A DNA stretch of 63,726 nt, filler included, from Octopus bimaculoides (GCF_001194135.2; 4 parts of 4 records of this genome joined end to end with filler, not necessarily neighbours in it), one strand, 5' to 3'. Positions 12,162 to 26,189 are shown, counted from the whole stretch's first letter. Numbers and translations are program-made. Notes: a model not told the origin generated them from the letters alone.

Positions 12162-13000
12162 CTATAAGCGTTAGAATATATCCAAGTGATCCCTGCTATT
12201 TCTGGTACACAAAACGACCATGTATATGAGCTAATTTTGATTTTGTTTCAAAGAGAGAAATTAAAAGTGCAATAGAATAATGAAAGGAATATTTACTGAA
12301 TGAGTACTATTACATAACATAACATATCAGAAAAATTACACAAATTGGGAAACAAATGAGTAAATATAATTTATAGTAAACTGCCTATAGGTCAGTCTTC
12401 TTGCTTGTGATAGAGATGAAAAACCATATTGCAAGGTGTTTCAGTCAATACTCTGCCGCTTCTTTACCTACTCCTAATAAATTTTAAAACGAAAATGATT
12501 CCCAAAACAAAATTAATTCTAAACCAAGGGAAATAACTCCCAATAAACTAAGCACAATTAAGTGCTTACCTTAGCAAACTTTCTAGAAAAATAAATTAAT
12601 TGAAACTATTTTCTGCGAAAAGAATTTAATTTTTCTTAGTGTCCTAACTTTTTATTTCGCAACTTCCCACTACCTACTTCTTTGATATACCTATAGGGAA
12701 CCTACAGTTCTATATGAAACCGTTAAAATAGCTAAATGACGAAGACAGTGTATAACATGAAATAACTCTAGTGATTATGCGTAGCGGTGTGTGTAACTAG
12801 CATAAATTTTGTAAGTGGAGCTGGTTATATTACAACCAGAAATTGAAGCTGACAGAAGTTTATTTCACATTTACAGATAATATACTGGAGATAACATACT
12901 GAATAAATTTTTTAACATAGCAAATTGCTATACAACATATGATACTAAGAAATATTTCATAGATAGTCTATGATTTTATCAAATGATATTTTATAGATAA

Positions 13001-13160
13001 CTTGCAGAGGTACCTGGCATTGCCATGGAATGAAATTGTTCCTTATATATTGGAAGAAAAAAGCAAAATATGTTGTATAGAAATTTCTTGTTTTAAATTC
13101 AATTTATTGGGATATAATTTATTTTTTAATTGTGAAATCAATTCTGAATTCATAATACAA

Positions 13161-13201
<41 letters not shown>

Positions 13202-14680
13202 TGATGATGATGATGATGATAAACGAAAATACAAAATTTACCACTTTATGAAAGGAGATAAATTCTATCACATATTTTGAAGGAAGTTATGTACGAGCTT
13301 CTGAGTAAACAACATTGTTTTCTGGTTTGAAGCATAAACAAATAAGTCTTGCAAACTACCAACCCAGGAGCAACCAATATAAAGTTGACCATGAGAAAAA
13401 CAAGCCAATAGATTTGTAAGTCTGACCTTGCAGCCTTCTAGTTCACCAGTCCTCAGTCAAATCGTCCAACCCATGCTAGCATGGAAGGCAAATGTTAAAC
13501 GATGATGATTGCGAAGCAAAATCGCACAGGGAATTGTGTTCATTTGAACTCAGATGATATGTCTGTTGGTTTGATGGGAATTTTTGGAATGAAAACTTCT
13601 TTCCCAGAGGCACATCCAGTGATGATGGTAGCTTCTGTCACATTAGGTGACAATGTCTTCATAATCAACATTGTCCCATTGCATAATTTAGGAGGATTTA
13701 AATTTCTTAGAAGCATTATTAGGACTCCTGCCTTCAGAAAAAGTTTATGTGGAGGAGTTCCTGGTAGCTCAAGGGAATTAAGGAACTCTGTTGGGTAATG
13801 GACAGCTTGATTTTTATCAATGACTGAGTCAACTGATTTGTACTCGTTAATGACTATTGGAATCTTATTCATTAATTCATAGTTAATCTTTGCTACTGTC
13901 TCATTTTTCAGAGCTCTTTCACACAACCATTTATGTGAATTATAATTATTACTTAAGTCTGGAAATACCCTGTTCTTCATTTCAGCTGGGGAATTCACTA
14001 TAACAATATGAGCCAAATTGATATCAAATGGTACTTTCCCATTTCCTAATTGGAAGAGCCAGGTTGAAAACTGTTCTGCACATTGGTCCCCATGTAATAA
14101 AGCTTGCACACTAATATTGAAAGAGAATTTCTGTACTTTATTCCATAGATGTGAAGACTTAATGCATGCTTTTATTTCATCAGATCTTGTTTGTCTCAGA
14201 ATGACTGGTAATGTCTGTCTGAAGTCTTCTGATAAAATTAATGTAATTTATTGTTGCCTCTTATGTCCTGCAAGGTCTTATCAAGAGCTTCCATTGCACC
14301 TCTATGTAACATGGTGCATTAATCCCAAATGGTAAGGTGGCATTGGCACAACACTTCTGCTGAACCTGAACCTTTGCTTATGTTACAATTGGATTGTCAT
14401 TTGTGACCAGATTTTGCAGTAATTTAAAAGCAGAATAGCTATTTGTCCTCTGGGGAGAATAGCGGCAGCAAAGCCAGACAAGGCTACAGCAACTGCAATT
14501 CTTTCTTGTTGCCTTACCTTGGAGAGAAGTGATGTTGTTACAAATGTTTTACCTGTGCCACTAGAAACATCAAGAAAGAAAATTCCTCCGCTTTTTTTCT
14601 CTGACTGACAAAATCCATCAAATGTAAATAATGTAAATAATGTAAATAATTCCTCATCTCTTAAATATAGAACTGAATTA
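13001..14680 (-). mobile_element. Decayed autonomous Helitron, 3' part (Pif1-like helicase plus 3' terminus)
   Basis: Walker A-like GGIFFLDVSSGTGKTF (about 14545-14590); ORF 13540..14109 YPTEFLNSLELPGTPPHKLFLKAG...LLRNLNPPKLCNGT; C-terminal GQTYKSIG..FSHGQLY (about 13290-13430); 3' end ccatggcaatgccaggtacctctgCAAG|T near 13001. Confidence 0.9.
13162..13220. repeat. (AAT)n(GAT)n microsatellite
   Basis: Read directly. Confidence 0.95.
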
Positions 14681-14694
14681 AAGTAAAGTCTGAG

Positions 14695-17014
14695 TTAAAA
14701 GAAAATGCAGTGCTGGTGTTTAAACTGAAAAGGAATGTACCATTTGCGGCATTGAATCAAGCTGAGAAGGAATTAAAACGATTGGAAGACCTGGAAGTAA
14801 TTGAAAAAGTGGATTACTTGGAGTGGGCGGCTCCTACGGTATATATAAAAAAAGAAGAATAACGAAGTAAGAGTATGTGCAGACTTCTCAACTGGGCTGA
14901 ATGACTGTTTAAAAAGTATAATTATCCACTGCCAAATGCAGAGGAAGTATATGCCAAGTGCAATGGTGGGAAAATTTTTTCCAAGATGGATTTGTCTTAG
15001 GCCTACCTCCAATTACAGGTAGACGAAGAATGTGCTAAAGTATTAACCTGGATGACATATTGATTAAAAGTGAATCAAGGGACCAATATAGTGAACATAT
15101 AGAAGAGGTGCTCAAACGAATTAGTGATTATGGATTTAAAGTAAGGGAGGATAAATGTGAATTTGTTTTTACTAAAATATAGTACTTAGGACAGGTGATC
15201 AATGAAAACGGACAAAAACCAGACCCTTCTAGGATTGACGTGATAAAAAACATGCCTGCTCCCACTAATAAAACAACACTACAAGCATTTTTAGGGTTGG
15301 TAAGTTATTACCAGTTGTACATACCTAAAATGTATGAGCTAAGAGCTCCGTTGAATAAGTTGCTAAAGAAGGACTCGAAATGGAGCTGGACAAATGAATG
15401 TCAGAAATCATTCGAGGAACTAAAAAAAATGGTTAACATCAGAGTTATCATTAACTCGTTTCGACCCAAATCTGAAAATAATTGTGGCATCGGATGCCAG
15501 TGAATATGGCATAGGAGCGGTGATATTGCATAGATTTAATGATGGAAAAATCAAAGCTATTGCACATGCATCGAGAGTTCTGTTACCAGCGGAAAGAAAC
15601 TACAGCCAGATTGAAAAAGAGGCATTATCATNNNNNNNNNNNNNNNNNNNNNNNNNNNNNNNNNNNNNNNNNNNNNNNNNNNNNNNNNNNNNNNNNNNNN
15701 NNNNNNNNNNNNNNNNNNNNNNNNNNNNTTGAAGAACATTTTGTGCAATGTAATACATGATTTGCCGGTAATGCTGGAAGAAATTAAATTGAAATCGGGA
15801 AATGATAGGTTTATAAATAAGATTAAAAATATGTTGTGTAACACAAAAAATATAAATGAGTGGGACATAGGTTCAAAGCACTATTCAGTATGTGATGAGG
15901 TATTATTATGTGCACAAAGAATGGTAATACCTGAAGCACTGCAAAACAGAGTATTAAAAGATTTTCATGTAGGACATCCGGGGATTGTCTGGAAGAAGAG
16001 CCTTATGAGAAGTTACGTTTATTGGCCGAATATGGACAAGTAAATTGAGAGACTGGTAAAACAGCGTAGGGGATGCACGATGGCAGCAAGGGCGCCCCCA
16101 GTGCAGATACAGCCTTGGCCAAAAATAGATTCGGCATGGTCTAGATTACATGTGGATTTCGTAGGACCATTAAATGACTCCTATTATATCATTGTGGCCT
16201 GAAGAGTGTAAATATTCAAGGCCAACCACAAGTGTGACTATTGACTTCTTGGAAGAACTGTTCGCTTGGTATGGAGTGCTAGATACGATCGTGTCAGATA
16301 ATGGGACACAGTTCACAGTGAAGGAGTTCAAAAGATTCTGTAAGTCGGTTCAGATGAAGCATGAACTCTGCCATACCACCCAAGGTCAAATGGATTAGAG
16401 GAAAGATTCGTCGACACATTCAAGAGAGCTTTAAGGAAGACCAGACGGGAAACCTTTGAAGATACAAATATGACAAAGTTTTTGCAGGTATATAGAATAA
16501 CACCAAATCCAAATGCAGAGTCAGGTAGGTCACCCGCAGATTTGATGTTTTCCAGAAAAATTCGTTCTATTTTTGACAAATGGTTGCCCAGCAGGAAATA
16601 GAAAATAGAAAATTCAGGAAGTAAAATGAAATTTTTTAACACAGGTGACAAAGTGTATTTTAGAGTATATAAGTAACAGAAAATGACTGAGAACAAGGAA
16701 GTATAACGGGACGTCTGGGTAACGTGATGTACATGGTAAAAGGACCAAAATATGAACACAGAAGGCATATAAACCAATTAAAAAAAAAATATACCAAAAA
16801 CCAAGAGAGGCAAGAGGAACAAATGGATCTGTGGTATGATTTGTTCGAGGTCCCAGAACCACAAGCACAAGCAGAACCGACACGTAGGTCGAGTAGGAAG
16901 AGAAAACCTACAGAAATGATGGAAATAAATGCCAAGAGAAAAAGATATGCCAGTTTCTCACCGAGGAAATAAAATTGATAAATTCAGGTTTAAAAAACTC
17001 AAAAGGGGGAGATG
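14695..17014 (+). mobile_element. Decayed Ty3/Gypsy pol (RT, RNase H, integrase) with polypurine tract
   Basis: EWAAPTVYIKK..VRVCADFSTGLN; [27 protein letters not shown]; HVGHPGIV; DTIVSDNGTQF; PPT aaaagggggaga at 17001-17012 followed by TG. Confidence 0.92.
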
Positions 17015-17214
17015 TGTTGACGCCTCCAGATGATGAAGTAGGCTAGCTCAATATGTAGATATAGAGGGAGAAGTCTAGACGTTGAGGTAGTTGAGTAGAG
17101 GTCATCTGAACATGTGATATAACAGTCTTCTATTATAGTCTTTGGATGACCAAACCTTGTAAGTTTGGTAGACAGGAAATGAAAGAAGCTTGTTGTATGT
17201 GTGTGTGTATGTGC

Positions 17215-17420
17215 AAATGTGTGTTTGTACTTGTTACTCATCATGACAACTAGTGTTGGTTTATGTCCCTGTAACTTAACAGTTCAGCAAAAAAACTGAT
17301 AGAATAAGTACCAGGCTTAAAAGAAATTCTGGGGTTGATTTGTTCAACTAAACCCTTACAGTGGTGCCTCAGCATTGCCATAGTCCAGTGACTGGAACAA
17401 GTAAAAGGTAAAAGATAAAA
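17215..17420 (+). mobile_element. Family A SINE 3' half
   Basis: gatagaataagtaccaggctt...gtggtgcctcagcattgcc...gaacaagtaaaag. Confidence 0.75.
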
Positions 17421-17907
17421 AAATCATCAATGAAATCAGTAAAATTGATACAAAAATATGCAAGTTTCTCACAATGCACATCTAAACAGACAACACATCC
17501 CTTGGAGACATGAGAACATGGACTGATGCAGCTGCTTCAAAAGACATCAACCACAAGGTTAGACACTTATCTGAAGATCAAAAATGACTGGATGCTTGTA
17601 TTTGTCTGTAAACATGAGAGTACCAAGAAACTGTACTCAGTATCAGATGGAATAAAGAAATATGTAAAGGAATTGAAAATTACAGAGACTCAGGTGCAAC
17701 CATACGAAATAGAATCCACTGTGAAAGCAAAAGTAATAAAAGTTCTCAGCATCTGATCTGCTTTCTCTTCAATATATCATTGCTCATCATAAATAACACC
17801 TGTAGTAAAATGTCCAACTTGCTGTTACTTGAGATCTCATATAAAACAGAGCAATAACAAAGAAAATAACAACAACAACAACAATAACAATAATGATGAT
17901 GACAATG

Positions 17908-20900
17908 ATTTCTTTATTAATCAAAAAGTATTTACATTAAGAAAACATTAAGGATGACACAATTCAAAACAATGAAAGTGTGTGTGTATGTACATGCATG
18001 TAAGCAGGTGTAATAAAAAAAAAGTTGTAATAACGTTTTAATAATGTGTATTCCTCAATAGGGAGGAGACAATTGAGGGCTGCTCATGGAAACACCCCCA
18101 TAAAACCATGGATGCCCTGACTCCGGGGAAAGGTGCCTTTCCTCAGTTCCTCATTTCTGATTTACAGGCATATGCTCAGGGTAGGCCCATCTACTTGCAC
18201 TATACTTGCCACTCTTACCTACCTTTCAACAAAATGGTTGGAAGGTAACAATTTACTCTCCACCCAAATTTTACTCAAGTGAAACTTGTAGTAGTTGATG
18301 AGGGATTGGCCAGAGAGGAAAGTGTTTGTCTTCAGCCCCTTCAATCTCATCCACCATACCACTTTTGCCAAGGCCACCAGGCATATAAAAACTGCCTATC
18401 CTTCCCAGTTACAAGAAGGTGGCAGGACGATCTTCAAGATAGGTTCAGTTGATAGCTGGATCCATCTCACATGTGACAGCAGGTGTTCGACATAAATCCA
18501 CAGGTCAGCAATGTTTGAGTGCATGCTAAATGGTTTTGTTTCCCTGCATGCATCTTGGACATGCTCTGATGATGGCACCTCTGTGCCTGTAGAGTTTATC
18601 GCAAACTGGCAATGCTCATTGGTAGCACTGCCAAGCCAGGGATTTCTGGAAGTTATCCATCAGCCCTGGGCCAAAAGTTCTGTGGAAGAGAGTGATTAGT
18701 TGATTGTCTTTGATGCTCAGGGTTTCCCCAATAACATTGCTGCACTTTCCTGCCACTAAATCCATTATAGAATACTAAATTGGACTTTCCACTTATCACA
18801 CTGCCTGACTGGCTGAGGGCAGTGAGCACTTGAAGACATTTCATTTTCCAAATGCTTTCTCTCAGGCTCTGCTTGACCCAGGATGGAAGCTCTGTCAAGG
18901 AGACCAGCTGAGGAATCACATGTCAAGCAAATGGTGACCAAATCTGTTCACCATCAATGAATCACTGGAGATGTAGTCTCAGCACATGTTTGTGCATCAT
19001 CAGCAACAGCATGCCAAGTTCACCATTCAGAAGGTATTGACAGCAGATAGACTACCTAACCATTGGAATGTGTCCCTTCCACATGAAGCAAAAGAGTATA
19101 TGCTCCAATGCAGTCAGATAAAGACTGGAATGAGGCAACCATTCAGTTGGATGGCATGGACTTGCTTCTCCTGGTGCTGAGCTGCAAACCCACTGACTTT
19201 TCCTGGTTAATTTTCACTCCTGACACCACTTTGTAGTCCCTGAAAATGGTGCCAATTATCTCAATGTGTTTGCTTTTTGACATCACTATGGTCCTAATTC
19301 ATGTGAGATGTCCCTCAATGTCTCCAGCTTGTGTAGTAGTGGCTCAAAAATCAGTATGTAGAATAGGGAGAAGAGGGGGCAATCTTGGCAGACCAAGTGC
19401 ATGATGTTGAAGGGTTCTGAGAGGAGACCGCTCACTCTGATTACTGAATAGATGTTGCTGTGCATTGCAGCAATCCATCCCCTGAAAACAGGTCCAAAAC
19501 TGACCACCTTGAGGACTACTGCCAAGTACAGATGGTCAACCCTGTTAAAAGCTTTGAATTGATCTAAATTGATTAGGAACCCACCAATGCTAGGTTCTTT
19601 AACTACCTTCTCTATGATGTATTGCATAAGAAGTAAGTTGTCACGAACAGATCTTTCCAGGATGGCACATGTCTGTGCCTTCCCTACCAGACCACTGACA
19701 ACAAGCACCAACCTTGTAACTAACACCTTGGTCAAAATTTTGAACTCTACATTCAGTGTAGTTATGTGCCTAAAAGCATCAATGAAGTTCTCCTTGTTTG
19801 GGTCTTTTCACAGCAGCACCACCGCTCTTTGGTTCACAAAACTGGGAATTCTTCCTTTCTGTTGCCAGTTGCAGTCAACATTTCCCAAGGTGTCATCAAA
19901 CAAGTCTGGCATGAAAGTGTAAAGCGTGTAGGGCAGACCATCTAATTCAGGCTAGTTACCCTTCATGCAGTTAGCTATTGCTTCCTGTATTTCAGCAGCT
20001 GTTATTGGCCTCTCACAACTCCCCATCTCTATCACTGAGAGCTATAGCAGTCTGTTGAGAGGGGATGTGATGTCTGACCTGTGATTTGGCTCACCACTGT
20101 TCCCAAACAGTTGAGTGAAGTGCTGTTGAAAATCCTCACACATCTGTTTGAGATCTACTAGTATATCCTTTAAGATTGGATTCTGGATTTATTGCCATGC
20201 CGAGCCTCTGCCACTCGACTCATTGAATGGCTTTCATCCCTTCATGTCTAAGAGCACACACATTAGCTTTGACAATGCAGTCTTCATGTTTTGTGTTGAA
20301 GAATTGGTCAAGTGCCAATCTCACTGTAAGCACATCAGTCATGACGTCTTTTTTAAATGCCTCACCTAACTTTCTAACTAGCTCTACCTCTACTCCATTT
20401 ATGAAACCTCATTGATTCTATTCTAATTACCCTCTTCAGGATAAACTACAATTTGTTGTAGATGATTGCCCCTGTCTACACCTGCTCAATTAATTCACTA
20501 ATCCAGTCTCTAAAAGCTTTGCATACCAGGATGGATGCATTCAGATTCCAGTAACTGGGTCCCTGTCTATGGAGCCTATCTAAGTTAACTGTACAGATCA
20601 TAAATTTGTAGTGTGTGTAGTTGACTACTTTAAATTGTGGACAACCTATGCTATCCTTATCTGCTTCCCTACAGAATACCCTATCTGGATATGATCTGTT
20701 TCAGCAGGTCTACAATGGAACACCAGGAAAAATCCAGTCAATACCTGTAAGACAGTTGTAATCGTCTGAGCAGGTTTGTAAGGCTTTTGCACCTTCTCCC
20801 TGATCTGCTAAGACCACACACAGAAGGAGAAAAGGCAAAAAGAAAAACAAATGAACTGACAATGAACAAACCTCATCTATACTAACAGTGGAGAGGGAAA

Positions 20901-23330
20901 AAATAAAAGCCACAAGGCAAAAATCATCCAAGATCCTGTTCCAGTCACTCACTAATACTAAAGAGTGGGATGTCCTCAGAAAAGTTTTCAGATGCCTGAA
21001 GAAATCTGGTCCTCCTGCTCCTGTCAAAGTATAGACAACAACTAGCCTAAAAGTATGTCCTTTACTGCTGGTCACATTCAGCACCACCAACTTACCTTTT
21101 GGATCCAGGAAGATAGTCCATACTATGAGATCCAGGTTCTTCTGAAATGACATGGTGACTCTGCCTCCTGCTCCCAGTTGATTTGGACATGCATACACCT
21201 CATAGTCTCCAAAAACAGGTTCAAAGTTTCATGGTTCAGAAATTCTGGTTCCACTGATGGTCATCACATCAACCTTCAGTGACCTGAGGTCATTGAGCAG
21301 GTGACCCTGCTTCCAAGGTGATCCCAGGCCACATGCATTCATGCTGGCTATTCTGAGCAAGGGCACATTACTGGGATAAGAAGAAAGGTGAGAAGGAAAA
21401 CTTACTTAGTTTTGTGTGGAGGGGCAATTTGTCTATTTGATTGGAGTTTCCATTAACAGATCACCAAGTATTTGCATGGTGGTGCTCTTTCAAAATTCAC
21501 TGATTTTTGCTTTTAATTTAGTTTTTAGGTGTGTGTATGTCTTGTGTTGTTCAAATGATCTATGTGTGTAGGTATAGGGACTGTGGGTGTTGTTATGTTG
21601 GTGTGTTTATGTATTTCATGAAATCTGTGGTTTTGGTGTTTATTGCCGTGTAATTTGTAAGGATTTCTTTACTATGTGTTTGCTTCTGTTTTTGTTGTTG
21701 TGTATGTGACATGGGTTGTGCTTGTGATGATGTTTCAGGTGTTTATGGCAATGATGGTGATGTAGTTTAGTTTTCTATGCTTTTTGCTATGCAGCTTCTT
21801 GTGTGGATTTAGCTTTGTTCATTATCTGTTCTTGATTTGTTTTTCTTTTTGTCTTTTTTCCTTCTTTTGCTTTTCATTTTCCACTCTAGTGGCTGTTGAT
21901 TGATTACTTGAAAATTTATAAAATTTATCATTCATAGATTGAATTATTGTGTAAAGATGACATTAGTATTTGTACACAATTGTTCTGTTAAAATTTAGAT
22001 TTTTCATGTTATGTCTGACTGCTTGGAATCAGCGAATGACATGTTTTGTACTGCAGTTGAGAAACAACTGGGGGAATCCATTGTTGTTATAGTAGGAATT
22101 AGTGTTGCAGTAGCTGTTGTTTTTGTTGTTGGACTTTCTGTTGATGTTGCAGCTTGTGCTGTTGATGGTGCTGTTGTTGTGTTTTGAGCTTTAGTGGCTG
22201 TTGATGGATTCCATAGTGTTAGGAGAAGAGAGGATTCCTTCTTTCCCCTTCAATTTAAGAGAGAAGGCTCTCAGGTGTGTGGTTGAAAGGCAAATATGGC
22301 ATTTGGTCTGCCTTCCTTCCACTGTAACAGGTATGATGATGCCATTCGAAAGATGTATTTGGTCTGGGATGGCATCCACATTTTTTTGACTGGTTTGGAT
22401 GAGAAGTTCTATGCCCCATTCTCAACCACTTCTCTGTTTTGGTCTGGTAGACTCTGATGATTTTTGTTTTCCTTGATGTCTACCATTAGCCAAGGAATAG
22501 CTATTTCTGGCAGCACCAGCTGAAGATAGATTTGAAATCTCACTTCCACCGTTGTATAACCCCTTTCCTCCTAATATATTTTCTTTTAGGTTCTAAATGG
22601 AACCTAATGCCTTTTGCCTCTTTCCGCCCTTCTTGACTTGAATCCAATTGTACAGTATATCACCAAGCAATGCACAGTATTTTAGATGGTGTCAACTGGG
22701 ATGTTGAGTTTGATAGTCCATCTCACATCTAGCCTTTTTGATTTCTCCCTCAGAGAAGTTTACTCTTTGACAAGCAACTGGTGAAAGAGAGCACTGGTGT
22801 TTGAAATTGCTGTTGTACTGGCTTGTTGGTCTGTTCTTATGTCAATACTACATTTGTTATTGCTGTTGTCATTGTTATTGCACATACCTGTGTCAAACAT
22901 AGTCTTCAGTGTGTTGATATTGTCTGTCAAATCACATCAAATAACACTGGTTTGTCTATGTTTTTTATTGTTGGTATTGGTGTTGTTCACTTTTTCTAGT
23001 CTGTTTCACTTCAAAGTGGGTGTTATTATTGTAGCTGAATAAATTGGTTTCCAAGAGTTCTTTGTTGAAATATTCCACCATATGAACAATTTCAAAGTCA
23101 CTTGTGCTAAAAACAGGCTTATTGTTTGTTTTTTCTAAGGGAATAACATAGCATGTCATGCTCAATCTCACTTTCATTATGATCTGCTGATGCTCTTCAC
23201 TCTCTCCTCGTCTCTTATATTGATGTGTCACCCATCAATTGAAGTTTTCTTCATGGATGAAAAAAAATGAAATGTTTACAATACAAATAAAATAAAATTG
23301 AGCTGTCTCTCAGACTGAGGGACAGCACAT
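17908..23330 (-). mobile_element. Near full-length decayed Tx1/L1-clade LINE (ORF1, APE, RT)
   Basis: APE start SMNACGLGS (about 21340), APE ORF 20710..21198, RT ORF 19286..19735 (NLDQFKAFNRVDHLYL...QDCPLFSLFY), ORF1 remnants 22191-23231 (VTVEGRQTKCHIC), AATAAA near 17915. Confidence 0.88.
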
Positions 23331-23920
23331 GAAAGAAACTCATCAGTTGATAGTAATGAATTTGCTTTCTACAATGGTACAAATTCCAAAATGGGATACA
23401 ACAGTTATGAGTGGTTTTCTTTACAAAATTTATGGAGTACTACGCTCAAGTGTGGTTTGCCAAGCTGATGGCCATAAATAATGATAATAATAATAATATC
23501 TGGGATGATATTTATATGGAATCAAGATCATTGTCTCTATAAAGCTCTAACATTAACTGCTTCTGCTCAACAAGGCTAACCAATTAGTAATATGATATTG
23601 GAAACATTTTTTGGAAACGAATAGTTACTAAAAGGGAAAAAAGGGAGCGGTAACAGACAAAGGGATGATGTTACTGAGATTAGCTATGAATATGGAAACT
23701 AGCAACATCAGTCCAAACTAACACCTGGAAGCCACCTTGCCAGAGTTACAGTGAAGCCATGTTTCTACAGTGTGATGGATGGTGAACTATAGTGGATCAA
23801 TTCAAATCGGAATCAAATCCATGGAGAATCACACCTGATGTGGAGTGGAAGGACTTGGTTAATGGTCTAATAATATTAATAATACAAGGAGTAGCTCATC
23901 AATGATCTAGTAATATTAAT

Positions 23921-24679
23921 AACTAGAAGTGAAAATGTGCATGCTCAAAAGGGTTGGGACTAGCATCGTTGCTCAAAAATATTGGAATCACTATATATTG
24001 TACATTCTGTGGCATCGTAAAACGAAAAGAGACTCATGTGTGAATTACGATGTCACGATAATTATTAAACCGAGTTCTTAATATAAAATTTGAAAATGCA
24101 CAAAATATGATCTTTAACTTCGAAGAAGTAAATTCATTATAATACTCTTCAGATCAAAGTATATAAAAAAAACCATATTTCACACTGCATGCAAATTACT
24201 ATGATAAAAAACCCCCAAAAAACTGGAAATATAATGAAGTTGAATCTATATAACAGCAAAAGTATGAAACTGAAATAATTATAAGCAAAGATAATTCGCA
24301 TTATGATACACATATTAATAGAATAGTTATGCGCAATAAACAAATTACTACTAAATTATTTTTGATTGATTACTTGAAAATTTATTAAAATTAGCATTCA
24401 TAGATTGAATTATTGCGTAAAGATGACATTAGCATTTGTACACAATTGTTTTTTTAAAACAATTGTGTACTTAATTAATGTTTAATATAACTTAATTAAT
24501 GTTTAATATAACTTGATTTCGATGAACTAAACAAATTTCTAGTGATAAAAGGATTCCACAGAATGTACAACATATAGTGATTCCAATATTTTTGAGCAAC
24601 AATGCTAGTCCCATACTTTTTAAGGTTTATTATGACATTCTGTAACCCTTTTGAGTGTGTGCATTTTTCAATTCTAGTT
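23921..24679. repeat. Foldback structure with about 95-bp imperfect inverted arms
   Basis: aactagaa..ctcaaaagggtt..gggactagcat.gttgctcaaaaatattggaatcactatat.ttgtacattctgtgg at 23921-24012 is mirrored at about 24553-24679 (right arm has an extra 34 bp). Confidence 0.8.
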
Positions 24680-24950
24680 TCGTACTTTTTAAGGCAGTGC
24701 ATGTAATATTTCATATATGTACCATATTTCACCTAATGGTGTGGCAGCTAATGGGTGTACATCTGTGTGTGAATGCGTGTGCTTGTTCTTGTGTATATGT
24801 GTGTGTGTGAGTGCAAGCATGTTCTTGTATAGTCCCACAGATCTTGTTTAATTTAGCTTTAAAATTAATAGAAATCAATGTCATTTATATTTCTTTCTTT
24901 AGCATTTCCTTTAATCAATAGCAAGTGTTTACATTTCTTCCTTTTCTCTA

Positions 24951-25117
24951 ATGCATGTTGCAATATTTCGGCTCTTTGATGCATGTTGCAATAAATATGT
25001 TCTTTAATGCATGTTGCAATATATCAGCTCTTTAATGCATGTTGCAATATTTTGGCTCTTTGATGCATGCCACAATATTTTGGCTGTTTGATTCATGTTG
25101 CTATATATCAGCTCTTT
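24951..25117. repeat. 28-bp minisatellite, about 6 diverged units
   Basis: Unit atgcatgttgcaatatttcggctctttg. Confidence 0.85.
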
Positions 25118-25885
25118 GGTGGTTGAAAAATAACCACATGGACTATTATAACGAATATGGCTTTTCTGACATTGATCTTGTTTTCTTCTTGGTAATCTAT
25201 GGATTTTATATACACAAATGAAGCAGGTAAGAACAAATACACAAGGCTTTTCTCAAGTATAAAATGCGACATTGTTTTTGTTATATCTACATTCCACACA
25301 TATAAACACATAAAAACTGAACATGCTCACACACACATGTACACCCAGTAACTTCCTCCACACACAAAAATACATAAAAACAGAACATGCTCACACAAAT
25401 ACACACACACAAGAACAAGCACGCGTACACACAGAGACTCATACACTCACAGACACAAGAACAAGCACACACACACATACGTACACCCATTAGCTTCCAT
25501 GTCAAACAGAACAAGCAGGCACAAAGACAGCTCCATGCCAAATTATCGCTCATTGTCTATGTAATCCCCAATATATTTTAATCTGTAAACAGTGTCAAAA
25601 TACTTTTTGATGTACATAACAGCTAACACTTTTACTGCCACCTTAACATCAAACTATCATCTTATAATCAAATTACTTTGAAAATAAACTTTTAATTTAC
25701 TTATGTTTTAACAGACATTCTCTAGAACAATACTGTGCAAAGCCAAATATATGGTACCCTAATCATAACACCAACTTGGACTTCTAACTTGTAGCCTCTG
25801 GGTGAGACTTGGAGTCAACTTGTACAAATACAAAGCAAAAGTCAAACATATAATAATAATAATGATAATAATAATAATAATAATC

Positions 25886-26095
25886 CTTTCGACTGAAGGT
25901 ACAATGCTTGAAATTTTGGGGGAGGGACTAGTGAATTACATTGACCCCAGTCCTTCATTGGTACTTAATTTATCAACCCCGAAAGGATGAAAGGCAAAGT
26001 TAACTTTGGTGGAATTTTAACTCACAACATAAAGATGGATGAAATGCTACTCAGCATTTTGCCTGGCATGCTAATGATTCTGCCAGCTTGCTGCA
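25886..26095 (-). mobile_element. Family C SINE, older copy
   Basis: ccccgaaaggatgaaaggcaaag..gattctgccagcttgc. Confidence 0.8.
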
Positions 26096-26100
26096 GCAGC

Positions 26101-26106
26101 AGTAGC

Positions 26107-26189
<83 letters not shown>
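26101..26189. repeat. (AGT)n(AAT)n microsatellite
   Basis: Read directly. Confidence 0.95.

Noticed and set aside
12570-12582. 13-nt micro-exon as DUF885 exon 10
   Set aside because: Good donor and compatible phase, but no family motif and no supporting neighbours; expected by chance.
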